A stretch of 59,792 nt of DNA, counting the filler, from Jimgerdemannia flammicorona (lineage: Eukaryota): the NCBI GenBank assembly GCA_003990765.1. It is 3 parts of 3 records of this genome, joined end to end, with 100 filler letters (N's around TTAATTAATTAA, not from the genome) between each part and the next. Parts side by side here need not be neighbours in the genome. Positions count along the whole stretch, not along the records: positions 1 to 19,865 come from RBNJ01001825.1; 2 more parts are not named here. One strand, given 5' to 3'. Below the pieces are notes generated by a model. It was not told the origin of the DNA. It did not search any database and saw only the letters and a list, made by a program, of their open reading frames with translations. The stretch's first letter is position 1, and the number at the start of each line of letters is the position of its first letter. This document shows positions 1 to 11,220 of this stretch, piece by piece. Both the position numbers and the translations under genes were made by a program.

Positions 1-352
1 CCCAACACCCAGTCTATCCCCTATCTCTGCCCAAAAATCCCCCAAGACCTCACACTCCCCCAGCCAATGTTCCGGCGTCTGTACATAACCCCCAGCTTGC
101 CCAACACCATAACACTCCTCGCAGTCAAATTGTCCACCCTCCACCAAATGCCCTGAGCGGAAATTCAGCATAACATTCCTCCGCAACATTCTCCACCATA
201 CCACCCAGTACTTGGGAGGGAGTCATCGCTGTACCTCAGCACTCCAAGACCAGATGCCCGCCCAGTCCCACTCCTCGCCGATCCCAACTGCCTGCCAGCC
301 ACCCGACACCAATATACATCAATCACCTCAAAATATATTTCCCCTTCACACC

Positions 353-868
353 ATGAGCCAAAGGATTGATCAGCGCCTCCAGACATTGGTCCTCAGCTCC
401 TTCCAAGCTCTACCTGTTCCTCTACCCCAATTCGGCCAAGCCAATGGAAACCCCCTCCAAAGGATCCAAGCTCATCAAGAAAATCTCACCTTGGTCAGAT
501 GCCTACTACAAGTCCACCAACTGCAGGCCTATTATGCAATCGGTGAACAATTGCAGAACCTCCCAGCCCCAGAACAGACCTATATCAGAAACACTACAGG
601 TCTGACCAGAAGAGACACTACTGCCGCAGACAGACTATATACCATTTATAAACGAAATGTCACAGCCCTGACATAGGCACAATTCTCCCTGAATGACATC
701 CAAGGAATGAACCCTATTACCTACTTGAGCATCATCAACTCTGTTGAAATCCTCTTCCCCGAAGAAGAAGAAGAGCCCTTAGAATGGAGTAACCCCAGCA
801 CAGACAACGAAGATGATGGAACAGGTATAGATGCAGAAGCAGCCTATGCTTATTGGGATGATGACTGA
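353..868 (+). pseudogene. Accessory ORF of gypsy lineage B, upstream of the PPT (171 codons, one premature TAG at 674-676)
   Basis: ATG 353 to TGA 866-868 in one frame, with a single TAG that is restorable to CAG. Core QAYYAIGEQL...TAADRLYTIYK...AL...SLND aligns by eye with the accessory ORFs of lineages A and C. Acidic aromatic tail EEEEEPLEW...DNEDD...AYWDDD. Confidence 0.7.
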
Positions 869-907
869 AGAATAGTCTGGGACAGACTACCCTTCAGTGG
901 GGGCTGA

Positions 908-2189
908 TGTGACAAGCCAAGACATACCACCCGAATCATATCTTAACCAGATGACGCGAACAAGATGACGTGAACACTCAGCCTAGTAACTAGCAACCCT
1001 TGCTGTGGAAATTGTATAAATAGCCAGATATACCAGAAAGGGTCTGTTTACCTGTACAGGTCCTGTACACCGTACAGACTCTGTACACCTACCATAAGTA
1101 GCAGATCTATAGTTAGCCACATAGTAACCAGATAGCAACCAACTTGTATAAATTACCCCAGTGACGAGAGTGAATAAAACCTCAGTCCGAAAGTTGAATA
1201 TAAACCAAAGCAAAAGTCAATTGTCTGGTACACTTAGGAGAAATGCCTGCCAAAAGCCACTTGATCCAGGAAGGATTGCAACACTTAGGAGATACGCCTG
1301 CCAACGAGCCACTGCCAAGAAGTTGTGAGCTTGGTTCTCTTCTCTTCCACTCTGGTCCACTTTCCGATATAAAGCTTGAAGATTTGCCGCCAAGTTCAAG
1401 GAAGAACTTCGCCGCCTTTGGAACTATTGATTCACTTGCCAGATAAGCCTGAAGTTTGCCGCCCAAGTTCAAGGAAGAACTTCGCCGCCATTTCCCAGTT
1501 AGAAGCCCGCCGATTCAGGAAGAATCCATGCCATCCGAATAGTATTCCCAGTTGAAGCCGATTCAGGAAGAATCCGTGCCACCCGAGTTATCCGAGTTAC
1601 CCGCCGCCTTTGAATTATCCGCCGTATTCCCAGTTAAGCCGCTGCTTTCAAGAAGCCTGCCAAATCCGCATCGTCCGTCACTTTCGAGTTATCCGCATTC
1701 CCAGAAAAGCCATCCGAGTTGTTCATCATTCCCAGTGAGCCTAGGAAAGAAACCGCGCCATATATTCCCAGTGAGCCAAATTGAGTTATCCACCCAAATC
1801 CGCATAAGGAGAACCGCTAAATTGCCAGACCGTCATGCACAAGGAGATCGTCGCACTACACAAAGAAATCGCCCACTACCCAAGAAGGAGAACCGCTAAA
1901 TTATCAGACCGTCACACCCAGAGATCGCATACTTTTGGAGATCGTCACGCTACACAAATTATACCATTCCCAGTTGACCCAAGAAGGAAGTCCATTCACA
2001 CACAAATTGCCGCTACACCCAGAGAACTGTCCCAAAAAGGAAATCGCTTGTGCAGTATCCAGATCTTGACTATTATACCGCTAAACACCAAGAACATTTT
2101 GTTGCTTTTGATAAAGTAACTGGGGGCTCAAGCCAAACTACATCAACCCCCAATCTTGTAATTTGCCTTCATTGAGCTGGCATGTTACA
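908..2189 (+). mobile_element. 3' LTR of gypsy lineage B (~1.28 kb)
   Basis: TGTGACA...TGTTACA termini, preceded by purine tract CAGTGGGGGCTGA. Colinear second copy at 35905-37279 has the same upstream tract. Contains TATAAA and AATAAA. Confidence 0.85.
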
Positions 2190-4786
2190 ATATGGTCATC
2201 TTATCAGTGACTATCTGTGAGTTATGGAATAATCATAAATGGTATAGTCTATTGTATTTTAGATCTATGATATGTGACTGGACAATATTACCTAAAATAT
2301 ATATATAATATTATTTTAATAAATTTATATAACCTTAAGATAACAATAGTCTCTAGCAACCCAACTTATATACATCATATCAGTAGAATCCTGGTCACTA
2401 CTATTCAAAATTAGAAGTTTCATTAAAAGCATACATACTAGTATTAGTAAAAAGAACTGATTCATATGGACTGCCCTTTGTCTTCAAGAGCTGATTGATG
2501 GTTTTTTATATACATAACTGTACCTTCAGCCTGTCTTTGTTTTGTTGGAGAATTGTAAAGCCTGGTAGCTTTGTTTCAGAATTCAAGAGAGATATAGTGT
2601 TACTTACTATATATGTGAAGATGGGTCTTTCTGCCTTGTCCTTTGTTGCATGATTCAAATATAATGCATATTTTCTATTTACATCAATGAATATTAGATG
2701 GAGAACAGAGTAGAGGATCTGATAGCAATATTCTTCTTCCAACATTCTGTTGGGTATAATGGCTGGAAGAGTTTGAGACCTATTATATAAAAGAACCAAT
2801 ATATGATTAGAACCTCTATACAATTTCCAAAAGAACTAAAGATTAGAAAAGAAGCGAGCTTGATACTTGCATGGCATTAAAGATTTGTATAGCTAAATGA
2901 CTAATATCTGAATTTGTTGGATTCAAATACACATCCTTATCCTGTAAGAAGTCTGTAGATGCAGAGTGTAAAGAGGTAGAAACCTCCATTGGTAATAGAG
3001 GATCTGTGCTAGCATATGGATTTTGAGAGATGATTCTTTGCCACTCTATATTGGTAAATACTGAATAGAGACATAGAGACTGAAGCACAATGATTGAAAC
3101 CAGGGCCCTATTATCAAGTATAGAATAATGAGTATAATATATTATAAAGTTAAGAACTACTTGAAGAATAAAAGAAATCTAAAATACTTATAAGACCTCA
3201 AAAATGTCATTCCAAAATTAGCCCTTTGTGGTCGCTCCAGTAAGAACAGCCATCTGGTATACTCGAAATCTCTCAGTAACATTGATGTCATTGACTATCC
3301 ACTAAATAACAGAAATATATTGTGAGATATAAAAATTAGAATAAAAAGAGAGAGCATTATATACATACTTCTGTTATTCACTCCTGCTGTATCTGTTCTG
3401 CTACTTCTGTTAGATTAACTAGTATGACTTCTACATCCTCGATCATCTCAGACTGGTCATCAATGTGAATACTAGAATTGTCGTCGGTCTGCGGTGCATC
3501 TACATTAATAGTGACACACAGGAAGTTAAGGTCTATAATCTTTTAACGCAGTCTGAAAAATGTATCTTATTGCCAGAAAAAAAAAAAAAAAAAAAAAAAG
3601 CTCACTATAATATACGATTTGGGTTTTACGCTTCATTCGTTTTTCTTTAATTTTAGTGCCATCGCCGTCCCTCCCAGCAACCTGCTTTGAAAAGATATGG
3701 TCACAACTATAAATATCTCTGATAATTATGTATATATGAAAAAAAAAAAAAAATTATCTAGATCAACTTACACCCTCACGCGAGTCGATAACTTCAGGTA
3801 GCTTTCGTTTCAACTTCTGCCCTTGCTTGTTATACCCGATCTTGAAAAATGGAAAATTGTATTAGCATATATGCTGAGCCAGCAATCGCCAGTGCATGAC
3901 TATTGATCACCTCTCATCCTCAACTCGATGACATCGTAGGGTGTGTGTTTCTCTCAATTGGAAAAAAACCCCGCGCGAACCTCCAGCGTCGCAGGCTGGT
4001 GGACGCTTCCCACTTCAGCCACTAGGGCTTCTGTGACAGAGTCACTCAAAGACATCGTGTAGAAGGGAGAGGTGCTCCCTCAACTTGATGACATCGTAGG
4101 GTGTGGGCTTCTCCCAATTGAAAAAACACGCGCGAACCTCCAGCGTCGCAGGCTGGACGCTTCCCACTTCAGCCACGAGGGCTTCCGTGACAGAGTCACT
4201 CGAAGACATCGTAGAGAAGAGGGAGGTGCTCTCAAATGGTAGACAAGAACCGTGCACTTGATAACATCGTAGGGTGTGTGTTTCTCCCAATTGGAAAAAC
4301 CCGCGCGAACCTCCAACGTCGCAGGCCGGTGGACGCTTCCCACTTCAGCCCTAGGGCTTCTGTGACAAAGTCACTCAAAGATATCATTCTGTGTGGTTCG
4401 AATTGTCAGCATTTTGTCAGAATACCAGAATACTGACCTTTAATATGTTTCGTAAGCCAGCAATCCTTTTGTCAACATTCGTCCCACTTGCAACATTCTC
4501 CTGGATGACACAGAGTTCCTTTAGCAGGACGTTATGAGAAGTGACCAATGTCGTCTTCTTGACTTGTGTTCTATAATATGCATCCCAGCTAGACACACAC
4601 CAGAGGAGGTACGAGCGCTTCCAAAAACCTAGTAGAAGAGAAAACAAGATCAAACTTTTGGTCTGAGGAATGCTTAACCAGCAACCTATACTATCCGAAG
4701 CTAGCATTGTACTTACTTGGATAATCAAGTTTCTGAAACACCTCCTCTGGGATGTCACTTGTTGGATTTTGTATATCCGTATCCAT
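2190..4786 (-). pseudogene. Multi-exon hypothetical gene with degraded C-terminal PD-(D/E)XK-like (REase-type) domain; LTR B inserted in its last exon
   Basis: ATG at 4786 (MDTDIQNP), GT-AG introns, exon SFWKRSYLLWCVSSWDAYY. C-terminal EEEYCYQILY...ERPIF...LLNSETKLPG...KDRLKVQL...DLKYNRLY resembles an expanded Mucoromycota family (RPDF...ExK; recalled, not searched). Stops and frameshifts present. Confidence 0.55.
3919..4387. repeat. Three tandem ~160-173 bp units
   Basis: ACT(C/T)GAT(G/A)ACATCGTAGGGTGTG...CGCGCGAACCTCCA...GGACGCTTCCCACTTCAGCC...GTCACTC recurs at about 3923, 4083 and 4256. Confidence 0.95.
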
Positions 4787-5662
4787 CGTTCGAAGTCTGA
4801 AAAAAAAAAAATTCGGGTTACAAAATTTGTAGCTGCGAAAGGAATTCACTATGAAATGCGTCTTGGGAGTTCGGTGTAAGCGAACCCGACAGGTAGATGA
4901 ATATAGTAAGCAAGTGAAAGAAAAAATAAATGGTGTGTAATGCGCACTATGTGAAGCTAAGATGATGGCGATGAATATGTGTCCATGTCTTTGCTTGACA
5001 CAAGTAAAAAGCGTGCACGGCATTGTAATAGGACGAAATATTTAAAGTTTGCAACTTGGGTCACGCAAAGAGTTGGCAGGGAGTACAACCATCACGCCGA
5101 GTGCAACTCTCGACTAACGACTTCTTATGATTCACTCTCGTTGCTCAACCTTCCTTTGCATGAGGTAGGTGCGGCAAGGGTGGTGAGGGGAAGACGGAAT
5201 GAATCATAACTCTCTATGATAATTGGTGTTGGATAGATTGAGGGAGGTATTTACGTTGTGTGGGTTTGATGACCCTATCACGTTCACAGCTGTACGATAG
5301 AACTACACTTAGGAAACGGGAACCGTTGGAGCAGGCTTCGTGGCTTGGTGATATATAACCTAACATACGTACAGACAAGACTAGACGTTATGCAGCTTCA
5401 GACACTTGGCCACTCACGACTAAAAACCGTGGTCAACTTTATAAGATTAGGATACATTGTTATTGCGCTAGTATTAGATATACGTACTCTATGCTATTCT
5501 TCGAATAAGAACCTCTCGAGAAGTAAAGGGATGTATTGTCTATGACTCGTCTTACGTCCAAGCCTTGTCCCGAACCCTTTTATCGCGTATTGACGTCAAT
5601 GCAAAAGAGGACTAACTGCAGACACGTTTCCCATCACTCAGCCCTGCTACTCGGCACCCACT

Positions 5663-6208
5663 CTATCGGCGCGCAATCTTGGCGCGCGGTGCCTGCCCCG
5701 ATTCCTGTCTCTTTTGCAACTTCTGCTGCCTCTTTGACCCGCCCGCGGAGGTGTCGTCGGCATTGCCCTCCGACGCGCTGCTACCGCTGAACAAGTAGGG
5801 CGCAATGAACCCCCATCCCTTGTACACGGCGTATGCCGGGATCGAGAGCATGAGCCACCAGAGCTTGTCCGAGATGAGGGCGGTGGTGACGTGGACAAAC
5901 CAGGTGACGTAGATAATGTCGAAGAAGTAGGCGACCAGACCCTCACCGTTGATGTCGTCACCGCTCTTGGCGAGCGAGCCGTCGGAGAGATAGACAGGGT
6001 TGCCCATGCCATAGAGCAAGTTGTAGAGATACAAGGTCACGGCGACGGTGGAGCCGTACAGCAGGAAGTGGGAAAAGGAGAAGGTAGACCAGTAGAAGAT
6101 GACGCGCCAGAGGATGTAGAAGATGTTGACGGCGATGAAGCCCCTCTGCAGGTTTGCAAGGGTCTTTTTGTTGTCAGCGGCAATGCGTTTTGCAGAAGTG
6201 TTTGCCAT
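5663..6208 (-). CDS. SND2: SRP-independent targeting protein 2 / TMEM208 (DUF788) family, 181 aa, intronless
   Basis: MANTSAKRIAADNKKTL start, TM segments, GSLAKSGDDINGEGLVAYFFDIIYVTW, LSIPAYAVYK and basic tail SKRQQKLQKR are typical of the family. Confidence 0.92.
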   Translation of the reverse strand: MANTSAKRIAADNKKTLANLQRGFIAVNIFYILWRVIFYWSTFSFSHFLLYGSTVAVTLYLYNLLYGMGNPVYLSDGSLAKSGDDINGEGLVAYFFDIIYVTWFVHVTTALISDKLWWLMLSIPAYAVYKGWGFIAPYLFSGSSASEGNADDTSAGGSKRQQKLQKRQESGQAPRAKIARR

Positions 6209-6380
6209 GGGTGGTAAGAGGAGCAGGGAAAGGAACAACAATTGGATGGTGAGATTGAAAGAAAATGGTGTGTCGGTGCGGGTGGCTTGGCGGATTTACG
6301 AGACGTCGACTCCTCGCCAGCCACGTCACAGAAATCCCCATTTCTCTCTCCCCAACTCACCCACCCTCCAGTGGCCCACA
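6209..6380. promoter_or_regulatory. Bidirectional promoter with GCCACGTCA (= TGACGTGGC) bZIP/UPRE-like element at 6320-6328
   Basis: 172 bp between divergent ATGs (6208 minus, 6381 plus); the motif is read directly from the sequence. Confidence 0.6.
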
Positions 6381-8638
6381 ATGCTCAGGCGCATCTCGAA
6401 AAACGTCGCCGTCCTCGACGCATTCCCAAAGGTTGAGGTCGAGAACCAGCAGAGGAGCGATAAGGGTGGCATGCTCACCATCTTGCTCACTCTCATTCTC
6501 TTGCTGCTGACCCTGGCCGAGTTGAGGGAGTACGTAAAGATATCAAGCGACGAAGAGGTTCACCCTGGATATCGTTCTAATTTGTTATCACACACCCTGC
6601 ACGTGCATAGCTACCGCAAGCTGAATCACACGTATGAGTTCCTCGTCGACCAGCATATCGATTCCAAAATTCAGATAAATGTCGACTTGACGATCGCGAT
6701 GCAGTGCAACGGTATGAGCTAATGGACTTTCTTTCCTCTAATGCGTTGGCTCCTTCGCCAAATTTACGTAGTGATACTAACTCCGGTCCTAAACGTATCC
6801 AGCCCTGTCCGTCAACGTTCTGGATGTCGCCGGTGAGCGATTGTATCTGACCCAAAACCTTCACATCGTCCCGGTATTAATCCTCACACTCTTCTCTTGC
6901 TTCGCATATCAAAATCTCCTTTTTGAAATTATGCACACGATTGGGTTACATCTGACTTCTTCCATGTTCCTGTCGCTCCCTTCCTAGACAAGCTTCGAAA
7001 TCGGCAGGGCGCGTCCCTTAGGGTAAGGACTGTTTTGTAGATTGTTCTTCCAACTTCGTCCACCTTGCTCATTAATTCATAGTTAATTTTACGACTCACG
7101 CATCCGGTCCCTTTAGCGCGGGCAGACAGCGTGAGCTCAACATCCGCCGTATCTTGAAGGCCGCGAGAATGAACAAGGCGCCGGATTCGACGACCATTGG
7201 ATGTATGTTGTACTCCCAATATTTTTATTTTATTTTATTTTATTTTTTTTTGAGGAGGAAGGGTGTCTGGTGTGGATTGTGAATGAAACTCAACCCTTTT
7301 GATGTCAATTCGAAATTGTTTGGGTCTCTTTCTCGTCAGACCTGGAAATTGATGCGGCCTGGTGAAAGCCCGCTCGATGTCGCTCACCATTTTTATGAAC
7401 AATCTCTCCCACTTCCTTCACACATCAGCCGGGGACGATGGCGCGTGCCGCATCCTTGGTTCGTTCGAGGTTAACAAAGTGAACGGCAACCTGCACATAA
7501 CATCGCTGGGCCATGGTTACAGTGCGTATCGGTTTGACGTGACTAGTTTTGATCTCATCTCGTTTCCTATCATATCCCCTCGAGATGTCTCACCCAATTA
7601 ACGTAATAACCTCATCACTCTACATGTCGTAGGTGGCGCCCATACTGAACACGATGGTAGGTCCCCATTTCGATTTCCGGGCGCTTACATAAGTGGTCCT
7701 TTCGATCATGAAATCCCCTCATCGATTCCTTTGTGGCGAGGATAATACCAGTACGGCTGGCCATAGCTCTGACGTTCCTTATTTACTATCATGGTGTAGC
7801 GATCAACTTTACCCATCGCATCGACGAGTTCTCGTTCGGTCCGCTGTACCCGAGCATCAATAACCCGTTGGACGACAGCGTGGAAATCTCTAATACCCGT
7901 GAGTTAGATGGTGTTTCATCAGGGGCGATTTTGGTTTTGGTGATTTGGATGGATCTCGGTGGTGATGTATCGTTATTATGAGGTTCACGTGATTTCGAGA
8001 CTGATGCTGATATTTTGCCTTGACACACAGATTTTGAGGCATTCCAATATTTCATCTCGGTGGTAAGCTTCCCCATTCATGAGCACCACTGGCTTTCATC
8101 GGTCGCACCGATCTCGTGTTTTTTCCAACTTCCTCTTTTGACCTCCATCTCCGCCATTCTCACACCTCGTTGTACGCAGGTTCCGACTATCTACATCGAC
8201 AACGCTGACAATACCCTGATGACGAATCAGTACTCGGTTACCGATTACCGCAAGACCTTCGACCACGAGAACAGTCGTGGAATGATTCCAGGTACGTTTT
8301 GCCCAAACATGACATAACCCTCAGGCAGACCTAAATCAGGCCCGAACGCACACCCGAATACCACTATTGATCACACACACCCCTGCTTTCCATCTCACGA
8401 AGGCCTCTTCTTCAAGTACGAGATCGAAGCTATCTCTGTCCGCATCACCGAGCATCGCCAGACCTTCCGGTATTTCATCGTCCGCCTCTGTGGCATCCTT
8501 GGCGGCGCTTTCGTTACCGTCGGCTTCGCGTACCGCGCCCTGCGGTTCATCATCGACTTACCGAAGGGAAGGCCGGCGCCGACAGGGGCCGGCGCCGCGT
8601 ACATCCCGACCTCGAACTCTGAGAAGCGGCGGCTGTGA
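6381..8638 (+). CDS. ERV41: ER-Golgi vesicle protein Erv41/ERGIC2 family, 11 exons
   Basis: LDAFPKV...KGG-TM, INVDLTIAMQC, ACRILGSFEVNKVNGNLHIT, INFTHRIDEFSFG, NPLD, FQYFISVVPT, TNQYSVT, PGLFFKYE, RLCGILGG. Ten GT-AG introns (first 6530-6610, second 6712-6802); stop TGA 8636-8638. Lacks the Cys-rich insert of Erv46. Confidence 0.9.
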
Positions 8639-9230
8639 GCCGGGTTGATGTGGCAAACGTGTGTTAGGAAATGCGAGGCGGTGGTAGACCTACATGTTTT
8701 CAAGACGTCGGCGTTCTAGGAGACCTATTTTTGATGGTCTGAATTTGTTCTCATGCTTATGGGATGTGATTGTGCGAACCTTGGTTTGCTGCGTCTGCCC
8801 GTCATACGTGTAATATATAGAACGTAATGTGCGTAAGGCATATTGCGCGAATATTCCAAGGAAGTGTACTGTTAGAATTATAAGGCAACCGATATGATAA
8901 TACCCGAGCAATGACTGTCGTGAAAATTTGCAAGGGTTGAGGAGCTATAATGCGATAAAGAAGATATATAGGCAGACTTACTGAGCTCCTGCGGTTGATC
9001 TGGCTCGCGATCTAGGTCAATATCAAGATCAGAGTTCGTTCCCACCCGATGCGAATTGTATGTGCAAGTCTTCATTTACATGAATGCTAGTACATCAACA
9101 ATGGGCATTACTAGGCATTGCTATGTAAAGTCTACTATCTCCGTGATGAGCTATGCAACACTGCGTTGTCCATTTTTCGGATGCAAGAAGAGAGTCATAG
9201 AAGCTCATTTCACACATTTTATTCTGGCAG

Positions 9231-9720
9231 GCTATGCAACTATCGATAGGCAACATTGTCTATGACTCCTTCGATGATGGCTATATGCGAAGTGAACTTG
9301 AGCCCCGCGTGCTACACATTCAGCCATGCAAGATGCTGCCTCTGGCCCAGCTTAGCAAGTCAACTGAGAAGCTGATGTTGTATCTGGCCTTGCATTGGTG
9401 AGTTGGTTATATATACTATATGAGATGGTTTGGGGTCTAGTTCTTTGATTGTTCATTAGAGATCAAAGGAACATGGACACGGGAGGCTTTTTGTATTTTA
9501 TGACGGTTACCAGGGGATTATGAAGTGTGGAAACATGTGATGAGGGGACCATTTGAAAATGATCCACCATCTATCTCACAGATCTCCCCACACGAAACTT
9601 CTATAACTACAGCCGATGCCTTTCTGCGCTACATCGACGCATTTACGTACATTTCCAAGTTCTACGCCAAGAATGCAGCGGGCAAAGCCGCAGAGGTGGA
9701 GGGAGAGCCGAAAATAGGTA
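9231..9720 (+). pseudogene. Possible two-exon gene fragment, unknown product
   Basis: CAG-bounded open segment (AMQLSIGNIVYDSFDDGYM...), GTGAGT...TTAG intron, then a second segment with one internal TGA. No family recognised. Confidence 0.25.
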
Positions 9721-10276
9721 AGTGGCATGCTATGTTTTGGGAAAGGGAGTGGATTAGTGACTGTCAGATAGAATGTTAGGTGGACTATGTTGAGTTTCCG
9801 TTTTGCTTTTTGTTTTTTAATAATAAAAAAAATAAAAAAAAATAAAAAAAAAATGTGTAGAAATGTTGTCAGCTGAAATCTTAAGGCTTTTCCGAGAACG
9901 TTTTGTAAGTTTTATTTTATTTTATTTTATTTTTGATCTTTTTTGCTATTTGTGAATGTTGTGGGGTATGAACTTGTCGGGAAGAAGATTGGAAAATGGG
10001 TGGGGCAATGTGCAAAAGGCAGCTATGAATATAGTGTAATGGTGACCCCAGAATGATGACATCAGCACAGGAGACAGCCTTTCCTTGCAAGCCACCAGAT
10101 CGGAACACAAGAAGATCATATAGTATATGAGATGAGCAATGATGACCAACTGTGAGTTATTGTAACCACAGTACAAGTATCCTGAAGAATATAAAAGAAG
10201 GATCAAGGAACCACAGTAGCAGCAACCAATAAGAACTACCAATCTCAAATTAGCTCAAAGACTTACCATAAATGAA

Positions 10277-11086
10277 ATGTCTACTGCCCACCAAACCTCA
10301 AGGTCAAAGAATCACCAAGGTATCTCAGTTGAAGAAAGGATGTTCCAAGATATCAGAAGAGCCATGAGAACCTGCTCAAGAAGGACTCCTAGTGTCAACC
10401 TGAGTACTGCAGACCCCTATCACTTTATTCTCTACCACCATAAAATGGAAATAAGGATCACTATTGCTACTGAATATCTTCAAATGTGGCAGGAGTATGA
10501 AATAGGAAACCTTCTCTGCCAGGAGTTCCCACAGGCCAGCCCTTAAGAGCTATAAGATGGCACTCCCATAGATATATGAGATAAGAATGGCTAAGAAGAT
10601 TCATCAGATCTTCAGGCATACACTATAGTTGATCCCCAACTTGGAGTATGTTAGAGTCTCAGACTTCAGAGATCTGTCATCCCACTATATCAATATACTA
10701 GAAGCCAGGGTGGCCACAGAAGCTCAGTCCACTATCACCCTCAATAGTGATAAAGTAGAAGACTTCTGGCATCCTATCCTTCAGGACAACCCGACCAATT
10801 CCTACAAGGATTGATCTCAGTATTCCAAGGCCCAAGCATCTAGGTTAGACCTTCCCAAGACCTCACATTTGTCCCTTATTTTGTAGAAGAGAACCTCATA
10901 GACTGGAGAGCCCCAGACCTCCTCCTCACTACCAAATGTGATGATATCATCAGTGATGACGTCATCCCACATGACATCAAAGTATGTAAAACATATAACC
11001 TATATGATGAATTCATGAATCTCATCTCCTTCAGTGATGATAATGATGATGATGAAGCCCCCATGGTCCTGAACTTTCTACTCTAA
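10277..11086 (+). pseudogene. LTR-encoded accessory ORF (~270 codons), 5' LTR copy
   Basis: MSTAHQ...LQMWQEYEIGNLL...AKKIHQIF...VRVSDFRDLS...acidic tail...VLNFLL*. Nonsense transitions plus two compensating indels. Present in all five lineage-A LTRs in the window. Confidence 0.75.
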
Positions 11087-11098
11087 GTTCTTTATTAT

Positions 11099-11220
11099 AC
11101 TGAATAATACCAGCACTGGTATTTTGATGTAACACTGGATAATTCCAGCACTAGCATTCTGAGGTAATGCGAAATTATTCCAGCACTGGTATTCTGATGT
11201 GACACTGAATTATACCAGTA
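11099..11220. repeat. U3 array of ~3.5 x 35-bp units each centred on palindrome AATACCAG-CA-CTGGTATT
   Basis: Units start at 11099, 11134, 11169 and 11204 (partial). The same array is at ~18330, ~28363, ~42085-42208 and ~44830-44968. TATAAATA follows at 11326-33. Confidence 0.9.

Noticed and set aside
1243..2119. ORFs in the distal part of LTR B
   Set aside because: Built from short internal repeats, and frames are not preserved in the copy at 35905-37279.
3919..4387. CRISPR or ncRNA array
   Set aside because: Whole units are repeated without spacers, and they lie within an exon-like region.
6123..6722. 199-aa ORF as a single gene
   Set aside because: Read-through of promoter, ERV41 exon 1, in-frame intron 1 and exon 2; the true start is 6381.
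10277..11086. env gene (errantivirus-like ORF3)
   Set aside because: No signal peptide, furin site or TM helix; short and acidic.
11099..11220. CRISPR-like array of 35-bp palindromic repeats
   Set aside because: No unique spacers and no cas genes; it lies inside eukaryotic LTRs.
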